Shown: positions 19,240-27,122 of the stretch, piece after piece | Layout of the letters: each line of letters opens with the position of its first letter | Position numbering within the stretch: the stretch's first letter is position 1 | Virus record (IMG/VR): IMGVR_UViG_3300001687_000017 | DNA length: 61,473 nucleotides | Source: an uncultured virus (IMG/VR IMGVR_UViG_3300001687_000017) | Taxonomy: Duplodnaviria > Heunggongvirae > Uroviricota > Caudoviricetes | Direction: 5' to 3' (one strand) | Translations under genes and position numbers: made by a program | Notes under the pieces: model-generated | Told to the model about the DNA's origin: nothing | The model's database searches: none | Seen by the model: the letters and a program-made list of their open reading frames with translations, nothing else

Positions 19240-21033
19240 ATGATCAAGCTGATTGAGCGCTCACGCTACATCCATCTTGAAGGTGATCAGGAACAGCTGA
19301 AGTGGCTGCGTTCCAAGTTGCGCTATCGGCCCAAGAACTATTGGCGCAGTGATGCCTACCGGTGCTACCGGCAGACCGACGGCAAGAAAGGCTGGGACGG
19401 GTACCGCTACCCATTGAGGTACTACGCCAACCAAGGCTGGGCTGTACTGCGGGGTCGGAAGGATGACATCCTGGAGCTGTGCGCCGAGGAAGGCATCCGC
19501 GTGGACCGCGACGGCCTATTCAAAAGCCCGTTTGCGGAATGGACCCTGGACGACATCCCGGATGACCTGATCCAGGCCGACTTCGCGCTGGACGACCACC
19601 AAAAGGAGGCGGTGCTTCAGTGGCTCCAGAACTGTTTCGGCATCGCCAATATGGCCGTAAACGCCGGGAAGACCGCGACATTCGCGGCGGCGGCTTCGCT
19701 GATCAAGCGCAACTACGGGAAGGCCAGGTTCCTTTACTTCACCTTCTCGGAGCGGCTCGTGCGCCAGGTCTACGCCGCCATGCGCGAGTTCCTGCCCGGC
19801 TGGGAGATTACCCAGTACGGCGGCGGCAAGAAGGACAAGACCGGCCAGGACATGGTGGTGGCGACCCAGGCCATGCTTAACAAGCACTTCCCGGAGCTTC
19901 AGCAGGAAGGCTGGTTTGATTCGTTTACGGGGCTTCTCCTGGACGAAAGCCACCACACCCAGTCGGAGACCGCGCAGAAGATCATTTTGGCCTCCAAGGC
20001 TCTGTTTAGGCTCGGGGCGTCCGACTCCACCAAGGAGGCCGACCCGGACAAATGGAACGCCATACGCGGGCTTTGCGGCCCGGTAAGGTGCGGTGTGAGC
20101 AGCTCCTGGCTGATCGACGAAGGCCGGAGCGCGGCCCCGGTCGTCTACATCGTCGACGTGCCGGAATGGAACAACCTGTACGAGGGCGCACCCCATACGG
20201 CGGAGCCCAATAGCCCGGCCCGCTGGTTCCGGCATGGCCAGTGGGTGGACGGCGTTTATCGTGGTCCGGTCCTGAAGCGAGACGACGAAGGCAAGACGGT
20301 TTGGCGTAAGCGCCGGATTTGGGACGACGAAGAGGAAACCTGGAAGACGGAAACGGTGGCTGAAACCGAGCCCAGCCTTCACCGGGTTGAATTCGACGGC
20401 AGGATTTGGAGGGCGGACGCCCGCTACGTTCTGCTGGATCGTCGCTACGACGAGGCCATCATCCGCTTCGACCGGAGGAATCAGATGATCGCGGACTGGG
20501 TCCGCTTTTACAGCGGCAAGGGCTGGCCGACCCTGGTGGTCGCCACGCGCACCCCGCACGTTCTGCTGCTGGAGGAGATGCTCAGGGAGGTTGTGGGCAG
20601 CAAGGTGACACTGCTCTTCGGGGAGGACACGAGCGCTCACCGGGACAAGGTCTTCGACTGGTTCAAGCGGACGCCCGGATCAGTCCTGGTGACGCCGCTG
20701 GTCAAGGAGGGCGTGTCGATCAACGAAATCAAAGCCGGGGTCATCGCCGATCCGATCGCGGACATCGAGGTAGCCCGGCAGATCATCGGGCGATTCATGC
20801 GGCGCAAAAAGGACGAAAACGTCTGCCACATCACCTGGTTCCTGGATCGGCAGCACCCGAGGTTTCGGCGCAACGCCACCGAGATTATCGGGTCCCTGGA
20901 AAAACTGAAGGGGTTTACCTTCTACTACCCTTGCGCTGGCCCCGAGACGATCGGCCAGGCTTTGATCCATCGAGGCGGTTCCCCAGGCCAAAGTGCCACG
21001 CCTGGTCGGACGCGAATTCTAAAGCGTTCGTAA
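19240..21033 (+). CDS. Superfamily 2 DNA helicase (UvsW-like)
   Basis: Motif I AVNAGKT, motif II LLDESHH, EGVSI, motif VI QIIGRFMR. Confidence 0.88.
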   Translation: MIKLIERSRYIHLEGDQEQLKWLRSKLRYRPKNYWRSDAYRCYRQTDGKKGWDGYRYPLRYYANQGWAVLRGRKDDILELCAEEGIRVDRDGLFKSPFAEWTLDDIPDDLIQADFALDDHQKEAVLQWLQNCFGIANMAVNAGKTATFAAAASLIKRNYGKARFLYFTFSERLVRQVYAAMREFLPGWEITQYGGGKKDKTGQDMVVATQAMLNKHFPELQQEGWFDSFTGLLLDESHHTQSETAQKIILASKALFRLGASDSTKEADPDKWNAIRGLCGPVRCGVSSSWLIDEGRSAAPVVYIVDVPEWNNLYEGAPHTAEPNSPARWFRHGQWVDGVYRGPVLKRDDEGKTVWRKRRIWDDEEETWKTETVAETEPSLHRVEFDGRIWRADARYVLLDRRYDEAIIRFDRRNQMIADWVRFYSGKGWPTLVVATRTPHVLLLEEMLREVVGSKVTLLFGEDTSAHRDKVFDWFKRTPGSVLVTPLVKEGVSINEIKAGVIADPIADIEVARQIIGRFMRRKKDENVCHITWFLDRQHPRFRRNATEIIGSLEKLKGFTFYYPCAGPETIGQALIHRGGSPGQSATPGRTRILKRS

Positions 21034-21331
21034 GCTTGGCGACGCGTTCGCCGCGCTCGCGGGTGGCGGGCTTCTTCATTTCCGCGTCCAGCGCCTTGAT
21101 GACGGTGCGGCTCATTCCCACCAGATGCTTGAGCCAGCGCCGGACATTTTGGGCGTCCGAGCTGAGGGGCCGCAGCAGTGCGTAATGGTGCGTGACGCCT
21201 GGGAAGCTGTAGATGTCGCCCTGGTCCTGGTTTAGCCGCCACTCAAGCGCTTTGGCCAGCTCGCGATACCGGGCCTTGGTAACCGGGCCTTCAACAACCA
21301 GCCGAATGTGAAACTCGTGCTCCTCTTTCAT
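20915..21331 (-). CDS. Hypothetical protein
   Basis: Coupled by ATGA overlap to the upstream gene; 3' end overlaps the helicase end. Confidence 0.5.
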   Translation of the reverse strand: MKEEHEFHIRLVVEGPVTKARYRELAKALEWRLNQDQGDIYSFPGVTHHYALLRPLSSDAQNVRRWLKHLVGMSRTVIKALDAEMKKPATRERGERVAKLTNALEFASDQAWHFGLGNRLDGSKPGRSSRGQRKGSRR

Positions 21332-21642
21332 CGGTCGAAAAAGTGGGTGGGGTCGCTGTCCTCGTAGAAGGGTTTGGGCGGCAGCTTGGGTTTCGGCCTG
21401 GGTTCCTCTGGCCCTAAAACCTCCACATCAACAGGCGTGTCTTCCAGAAAGTCGGTTACAGGCGTCTCCTTGGGCGCGAACGTAAGCGGCATTTGGTTGT
21501 TGAGCATGAGCGGCTGGTTTAGAGCCGGGCACATTGCCCAAAAGACCCAGTGGCTCTCCGGGTCGTGATTGGTCAGCGGCGCAAACTCAAGGTCCTCGTG
21601 CGTGCCGCCGCACCGCTCGCACTGTATCACGGTCACTTTCAT
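21328..21642 (-). CDS. Hypothetical protein with CxxC
   Basis: CERCGGTH..WAMCP; ATGA coupling. Confidence 0.6.
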   Translation of the reverse strand: MKVTVIQCERCGGTHEDLEFAPLTNHDPESHWVFWAMCPALNQPLMLNNQMPLTFAPKETPVTDFLEDTPVDVEVLGPEEPRPKPKLPPKPFYEDSDPTHFFDR

Positions 21643-21971
21643 TCCAGAATGCAGTCAAAATCGATCGGCTTTTCTTTCGGATCACTCTCGGCGCTGATGA
21701 TTGCGTGGCAGGACCAGCCGTCGCACATGTCGACGCGGCACATCAGCCGAATCTTCAGCTCCCGGAACCGATGCAGCCGCCACGTCAGCTCGCGGGGCAC
21801 GAAGCCAATATGGTGCCTGCCCTTGTAAACGGCGATGGCCCACGGGTCGTGGCCATTCTCCAAATCCCACTGCAACGCCAGCAAGTCGCCCGGCTGCAAG
21901 TGGGCTGCATCGTAGGTTTTCTGGCGGTACTTGATGCCCGCCACGGCAAAGGAGGTAACGGGTCTGCTCAT
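21639..21971 (-). CDS. HIRAN domain protein
   Basis: FAVAGIKYR..LQPGDLLAL..ENGHDPWAIAVY..HIGFVPR. Confidence 0.85.
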   Translation of the reverse strand: MSRPVTSFAVAGIKYRQKTYDAAHLQPGDLLALQWDLENGHDPWAIAVYKGRHHIGFVPRELTWRLHRFRELKIRLMCRVDMCDGWSCHAIISAESDPKEKPIDFDCILE

Positions 21972-21973
21972 GA

Positions 21974-22660
21974 TTATTCGATCATTTTGGTGGCTCTTTC
22001 TTCAAGCTGCTGGGCTACTGCGGCAGCTCCAGCGCTTTGCAAAAGCTGCTTGGTGTACGAAGACAAGTCTGACTTGGCCTCGTTGAGCATGTCGTCCAGA
22101 GCTTCGTTCCATTGGGACGCCATGAAGGGCAGATTCTGGCCGATTTGGCACTTGAGCATCTGGAGCGCCTTGACGAACTCCACGCGTTCCTTCTTGGGCA
22201 CTCGGTCGGCCTGGGCCATCGTTTCGGCGGTGGTGATCACTGCGTCGCAAATCTGGTCCAGCTCCTGCATCTTCCGCCGAAATTCGGCCTCCAGCTCCTG
22301 GCGCTCGTTCTTCTCGGGGCAATCGGGCTGTTTCTCAAAGTTGATGGCCTCGATCGTGCAGGGAACGCCGTCCCCGACGTTCATGTGGCTCAAGAGCTGG
22401 CCAAATTGGGCCTCGGTTAAGCTGATTTCGATGATCGGCTTGGACATCATGTACCGATCGGCGTAAAGCTGCCGGTGCTTCTCGGCGTGCCCAATGCGGA
22501 TGGTCACGCCCGCATGGTGCCGGATGGACGATCCGAAAAAGTTCTGAGGCGGCGTGCAAGTGTACCGGCTGACGCCGATCATGCCGTAGCTGGGGTGCTC
22601 CTCGATCGTGCTGTCGTGATCGCCTTTACGGATCGTCGGAGGGACTGTGGTTGTTTTCAT
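21974..22660 (-). CDS. Conserved phage hypothetical protein
   Basis: HPSYGMIGVSR..FFGSSI..EISLTEAQF..MNVGDGVPCTI; start reassigned to MKTTT. Confidence 0.7.
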   Translation of the reverse strand: MKTTTVPPTIRKGDHDSTIEEHPSYGMIGVSRYTCTPPQNFFGSSIRHHAGVTIRIGHAEKHRQLYADRYMMSKPIIEISLTEAQFGQLLSHMNVGDGVPCTIEAINFEKQPDCPEKNERQELEAEFRRKMQELDQICDAVITTAETMAQADRVPKKERVEFVKALQMLKCQIGQNLPFMASQWNEALDDMLNEAKSDLSSYTKQLLQSAGAAAVAQQLEERATKMIE

Positions 22661-22661
22661 A

Positions 22662-23027
22662 TCAGTTGCTGGCCGAAGCATCGGCCAAATCGAGCCTGGC
22701 AATTGAGCTTCGGCATTCGGCGCAGAAAACCTCAACAAAACCAGCGTTCCATTGGTAGGAAGCCCATACACCCGCTTTAGAATGGCAGACCGCCTTGATC
22801 TGCGTGGCTTGAAGCGGTTCACGCAGTTTAAGAACGACAATCGTTCGGTAGCACTCGCGGCACGAGATGGTCGCGACCTGGCCCTTGATGTCGATTTGGG
22901 TCGGTTCATCCAGGTGGCACTTGCCGTGAAGAAAGACCTCCTTGGTATGGTTCTGGTGGTCACAGCCTGGCATCGTGCAGCCCCTGACCGCGATATTGTC
23001 CATTTGCTCTTTGCCTAGAGGGTTCAT
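22662..23027 (-). CDS. Cys/His-rich protein with internal duplication
   Basis: Two CH...C.EC repeats; start MNPLG overlaps the upstream stop. Confidence 0.6.
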   Translation of the reverse strand: MNPLGKEQMDNIAVRGCTMPGCDHQNHTKEVFLHGKCHLDEPTQIDIKGQVATISCRECYRTIVVLKLREPLQATQIKAVCHSKAGVWASYQWNAGFVEVFCAECRSSIARLDLADASASN

Positions 23028-23428
23028 GCCTTGAGTTTCTGAAAAGCTTCGCGCCATTTGGGGTCCACCCGGATGGCCGTCAGCATCTGGTAGATGACGC
23101 CGGGGCTGAAGAGCGCCTTGGCCATCTTGTCGGCGGGGCACAGGTTGGTGTCCACGATGAAGCGCGGCAGCGTGTCCCCGAGGTCGGTGATGAGCGGGTA
23201 AAGCTGGCATTCCAGCGGTTTGCGTTCCTGGACTTTGCACATGCCGCCCTCGTAGTAGACGCACTGGCCGTCCGGCTTCTTGGCGACGGTCTGAAATTCG
23301 ACTCCCTCGAACGAGCGGGACTCGGTCTGGTAGCCCTTGTTCAGCTCGTGCGGAAACAGCACTGGGATCAGGTTTGGGTTGACGCAGCACTTGCCGCAGT
23401 CCATGCAGTTGATGATGACAGGAGTCAT
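23024..23428 (-). CDS. YkgJ-like cysteine-cluster (Zn/Fe-chelating) protein
   Basis: CMDCGKCC...CVYY..CKVQERKPLECQLYP. Confidence 0.8.
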   Translation of the reverse strand: MTPVIINCMDCGKCCVNPNLIPVLFPHELNKGYQTESRSFEGVEFQTVAKKPDGQCVYYEGGMCKVQERKPLECQLYPLITDLGDTLPRFIVDTNLCPADKMAKALFSPGVIYQMLTAIRVDPKWREAFQKLKA

Positions 23429-23631
23429 TGTCGGTAGAGCAAGTGGCGGATGATTTTTCCTTCGTGGTCGATGAAGCAGACGTGGCCTTCGCGCCCGCAA
23501 ATGCAGCGGATGTCCCACTGTAACGGATCGCTGTAACGGCAGGAGCCGGGCACTTCCCAGGCGCGCCCACAGGGACATGGGTGTTGGGCCATGTAATCTC
23601 GCATGCGTTGCAGCTCTTCTTCCTGGGTCAT
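23425..23631 (-). CDS. Small zinc-ribbon-like protein
   Basis: CPCG...CICG; ATGA coupling on both sides. Confidence 0.55.
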   Translation of the reverse strand: MTQEEELQRMRDYMAQHPCPCGRAWEVPGSCRYSDPLQWDIRCICGREGHVCFIDHEGKIIRHLLYRQ

Positions 23632-24152
23632 AAATCCATGCGCCCTTTTCCAATGAAGTGGTCGAAAATTTCCGTGGTGAGGTAGATGCGCCTAACGAAC
23701 AAGGGCAAAGGCTGCCTGGCTTGCCTCGCTTGCCTCATTTCGGCGTCGGTGGGCCGCCGAACAAGCCATCCGGTAAGCTCGCCAGGTTTTGGCGGCATGT
23801 CCCGAGGGTCAATCGGAGGAGACTGTAACGGAAAAGCGGTATTCACGGGCGACTGGCTGTAAGCCGCGAGCAGGTCTGTGAAACCGGCGTCCGTAACCGC
23901 CCAGGTTTCGTCGTGCATCAGCAAACTCAAAAAGTCATGCAACGACACGGTGGTCCAGGAATTCGGACTGACGTTCCGAAGGCTTTCCAGCTCAGTGCTG
24001 TTGACGAGAAGTGTCGCCCCGTTCCCGTCAGGGATGTTGACAGTGCGCAGCACGGTGTCTCCTTCGGCAGGAGCACAACCGACTGTCAGCCCTTTGGCCT
24101 TTAGCACTTCAGCATCGATCATTTCATTGATATTGGCTTGTTCCGGGCTCAT
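23628..24152 (-). CDS. Hypothetical protein
   Basis: 174-aa ORF, coupled to both neighbours. Confidence 0.55.
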   Translation of the reverse strand: MSPEQANINEMIDAEVLKAKGLTVGCAPAEGDTVLRTVNIPDGNGATLLVNSTELESLRNVSPNSWTTVSLHDFLSLLMHDETWAVTDAGFTDLLAAYSQSPVNTAFPLQSPPIDPRDMPPKPGELTGWLVRRPTDAEMRQARQARQPLPLFVRRIYLTTEIFDHFIGKGRMDL

Positions 24153-25045
24153 AGGTCTTCGCTCAGTTCATTCCATTGTTCGGACACCGCCTGGAGCTTT
24201 TTACGGGCCGCCTCTTCGGCCTCGTCGCGCTCCGCCCAAAGGTCAGCGTCCCGTACAGAGAACACGGCGTCGCGGATCAGGTCGGCAATAACTTGAGGTT
24301 CGAGTGCGTCCAGCTCCCAGCTGTCGTTGCCGAATTGGGCAATGTAGGCGGCGGCCCGTGAATCCGTGATCTTGGCCGGATTGGGCGGCGGCTGGAACTG
24401 GTCGATCTGGTCCATGTTGAGCGCCAGCCGCTTGATTTCGATGTCGCGGCCCGCAAACTCGGAGAGCCGGTCCACGATGTCGCGGGTCATGTCCTTGCCG
24501 GAGGGGTCGTGGTCGCCCAAATGGAACACGAGCGGCGTCTGCCCCTGCCGGGCAAACTTGGCCAGGCGCTGCGCGGCGCTCCACATCTCCGATTGGCTGG
24601 TGTAGCCCCGGCAGGAGAAGTAGGGCACGTCGAGGTCGTTGCACACGCCCTCGATGACACCCACCAGCGCATCCTTCTCGATCCAGACCTCGACGTGGTA
24701 GGGCTGGTCATTCCATTTGTCGAAGCGGAACTGGTTCGCGCAGGCCCGAATGATGTCCGAGGGCGATTCCCAGTGGGCTAGGCTGCGCAAGTTCCGGGTC
24801 CGGTCGACGATGGCCTCCCAGTCAATCAGCCCCGCCAACCGGGCATCGCTGATGATGTCGCCGAGGTTCTTGTAGTCCTTCTGCGTATTGGGGATCAGGT
24901 CGCGGCTGACGAACTGGTAGTAGAGCTGGCGCAGTGTCAGGGTGAATCCCTGCTGCGCGTATTCCGCGATGATCTGGTTCGCGGTCTCGATCAGCGCCTG
25001 GCGGGCCGCGCTGAACCTCTTCTCTCGGTAGCAAATCTTTGGCAT
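24149..25045 (-). CDS. Topoisomerase VI-A/Spo11/JetD-like wHTH-TOPRIM protein
   Basis: LTLRQLYYQ, VEVWIEKDAL, RGYTS, HLGDHDPSG, WELDAL. Confidence 0.8.
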   Translation of the reverse strand: MPKICYREKRFSAARQALIETANQIIAEYAQQGFTLTLRQLYYQFVSRDLIPNTQKDYKNLGDIISDARLAGLIDWEAIVDRTRNLRSLAHWESPSDIIRACANQFRFDKWNDQPYHVEVWIEKDALVGVIEGVCNDLDVPYFSCRGYTSQSEMWSAAQRLAKFARQGQTPLVFHLGDHDPSGKDMTRDIVDRLSEFAGRDIEIKRLALNMDQIDQFQPPPNPAKITDSRAAAYIAQFGNDSWELDALEPQVIADLIRDAVFSVRDADLWAERDEAEEAARKKLQAVSEQWNELSEDL

Positions 25046-25092
25046 GGTACTATCCTTATACCCAAATCTCGGCAGTTTTTAACCCTTGGCCC

Positions 25093-25401
25093 TTAAGGTT
25101 GAGGAAGATTGCCGCTTCCAACGGTGTCGTCCTGAATGGGCTTGTCCGACTCGTCGCGCACTGTCCAGCCCGCCAGGGGCAGGAGCGATTCGGTGGATTC
25201 GTCGCCGGGGCCGGTGCGCCAGAGGATACAATGCTTTTTGTCGACGCGGTAGATGGTCAGCGACCTGGGTATAGCCCAGGTTCCGCCGTCGTTTATGCGC
25301 CCCAGGTGCGCGAGAAGCCACGTCAGCGCCGGGGCAATGTCCTCCCGGCGGGCAAGACTCAGCTGGCCCTTACGAAGGCGCTCTAAAGCTTGCTTATTCA
25401 T
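25093..25401 (-). CDS. Hypothetical protein
   Basis: ORF from MNKQAL within the minus-strand run. Confidence 0.5.
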   Translation of the reverse strand: MNKQALERLRKGQLSLARREDIAPALTWLLAHLGRINDGGTWAIPRSLTIYRVDKKHCILWRTGPGDESTESLLPLAGWTVRDESDKPIQDDTVGSGNLPQP

Positions 25402-25486
25402 AGTAGCGTGCTGGTGAAAGCCCAAACCAGAGCAACAAGCGCCGCCACGAGCAAAATAACGGCGGCGCAGCCAAGGTCTTCGCGGC

Positions 25487-26677
25487 TCATAGGTCCCTCT
25501 GAGAACAGGTCATGTAGTGTCCGGCGCTGGGTTCCGCGCTGCATTCGGGGCACGCAACTGGCAACGTTGCCAGTTCCTCTTCCACCTTGTCGGGAATGTC
25601 GGCGATAGCGATTTCAGGATGCTGCATGGCGTAGGCAATCCACGGAGCGGCCTCGGCCATCGTCTTTCCACGGCGGATGGCTTCGTCCTGAAGTGCGTTC
25701 CACCGGTCGAGCTTGGACTGGAACTGGGGCTCGGCGAGCACTGGGTTGGCCTTGGCGATGGCCTCCTCGTCGACCGCCAGCTTGAGGATGCGGAAGTTGG
25801 CGGGGCGCTTCCAAAAGCCGAATAACGGATCGCCTTCCTTGGGCTCGACCGTGGCCTTGAATTCGACCGTGTCGCCGACCTTGAGAATGTCGGACACGTA
25901 GGCGTCGTGCCCAGGCTTCTGCCAGTCGTGGCCCCGCGAGATGTTCACGTCGTCAAAAACCGTGCGCTCCGGGCAGCTGCCCCACAGCTTCACACCGTTG
26001 CCGAGGTCAACCAGGACCTTGGCCGTGTAAGTCGTCAGGGCCGAATAGCGCGACCGCTCGCGCTCCTCCAGGCGAATCTTGCGGACGATGCCACGGATGA
26101 CCTGCCGCCCGGCCTTGGCGGTCCCGGTCGCCTTGGCCCGACGGTCAATGTCGTCCTGGCGAACCTTCTCCAGCAGCGCGAGCTGCTTCTCGGAGATGTT
26201 GCCGTACCGGCGCAGCTTCTCGCAGATGTCCCGCGAAATGCGCGGAGCGTTGGGGCGCTTGGACCACTGGATGACGCCGATCGCGTCGGGATTGGCGGCG
26301 AGGAAATCAGCCTCGCGCTTGTCGCACGCGATGCGCTGTGCCAGGGCCACCGTCGCGCCCTTGATAATGTCGCTGTAGCCCGCGAGCGCCTTGACGGTCT
26401 TGGCGCAGTCGCGGCCAATCCAGTAACCGTTGCCGGTGGGCCTGTGGGTGACGGCGCAGGCGATCTTCAGGCCGTGCCCGCACAGGGCGCACCGATTGGC
26501 CTCCTCCTTGGGCGCATTGAACTTCTCCCAGTCGGCCTCGTTAAGGACCTCCATCTCGACCACTGGAAGCTGCCGTCCCGTCTCCTCGTCCTCGTAAACG
26601 TCGGTGATTGACGCCACCGCCGTTATCGAAAGCTCGTTGAGGGGCAGGCCCTTGATGCTGTCGGCGCGGGGTGTCAT
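25487..26677 (-). CDS. Hypothetical protein (metal-binding N-terminus, OB-fold-like C-terminal part)
   Basis: CALCGH..IGRDC; VEFKATV..FWKRP; start MTPRAD preceded by AAGGAA. Confidence 0.65.
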   Translation of the reverse strand: MTPRADSIKGLPLNELSITAVASITDVYEDEETGRQLPVVEMEVLNEADWEKFNAPKEEANRCALCGHGLKIACAVTHRPTGNGYWIGRDCAKTVKALAGYSDIIKGATVALAQRIACDKREADFLAANPDAIGVIQWSKRPNAPRISRDICEKLRRYGNISEKQLALLEKVRQDDIDRRAKATGTAKAGRQVIRGIVRKIRLEERERSRYSALTTYTAKVLVDLGNGVKLWGSCPERTVFDDVNISRGHDWQKPGHDAYVSDILKVGDTVEFKATVEPKEGDPLFGFWKRPANFRILKLAVDEEAIAKANPVLAEPQFQSKLDRWNALQDEAIRRGKTMAEAAPWIAYAMQHPEIAIADIPDKVEEELATLPVACPECSAEPSAGHYMTCSQRDL

Positions 26678-26679
26678 GG

Positions 26680-27048
26680 CTATTTCCTTCCGGCAAGGGT
26701 TTCGATGGCGGCGACGGCGGCGGCCATCTCGCGGCTGCGAGCGGCGGCGTTTTCGGCCTCGATGGCGGCGACGAACTGCCCCACGGTGCGGTGCTTGCCC
26801 GCTTCGGCGGCGAAGCGCTCGGCGCGCTGGCCGTGCGTCTCGTCCTTGCGCAGCGCAGACCACTTGCTGACGAGCTGAAGCTGGCGCTTGGACTCGGTCG
26901 GGTCGTTGCTACCGGCCACCAAAACGGTGTCGCTGTAGCGGTTGATGCGCAGCTCCACGGAGCCGCCGCTGGGGTACTGAACCTTCACCACGAGGCGGTC
27001 GTAAGAATCCCGTCGGGTGACCTTGGTTTCGGTAATTCGCTTTGTCAT
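26680..27048 (-). CDS. Hypothetical protein, first gene of a putative early operon
   Basis: Directly downstream of a sigma70-like promoter. Confidence 0.65.
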   Translation of the reverse strand: MTKRITETKVTRRDSYDRLVVKVQYPSGGSVELRINRYSDTVLVAGSNDPTESKRQLQLVSKWSALRKDETHGQRAERFAAEAGKHRTVGQFVAAIEAENAAARSREMAAAVAAIETLAGRK

Positions 27049-27057
27049 AGCACCACC

Positions 27058-27086
27058 AATATGGCAGCAGCCACGACCCAGCGCAA
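27058..27086 (-). promoter_or_regulatory. Sigma70-type promoter
   Basis: TTGCGC-N17-CATATT with TG extension and AT-rich upstream tract; ATG 9 nt after the -10. Confidence 0.65.
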
Positions 27087-27122
27087 GAACAAATTAAAGA
27101 TTTTTGGATACGTCTAACTGGC

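Noticed and set aside
20150..20450. Possible intein in the helicase
   Set aside because: The inter-domain insertion has no Cys/Ser start or His-Asn end and no homing-endonuclease motif
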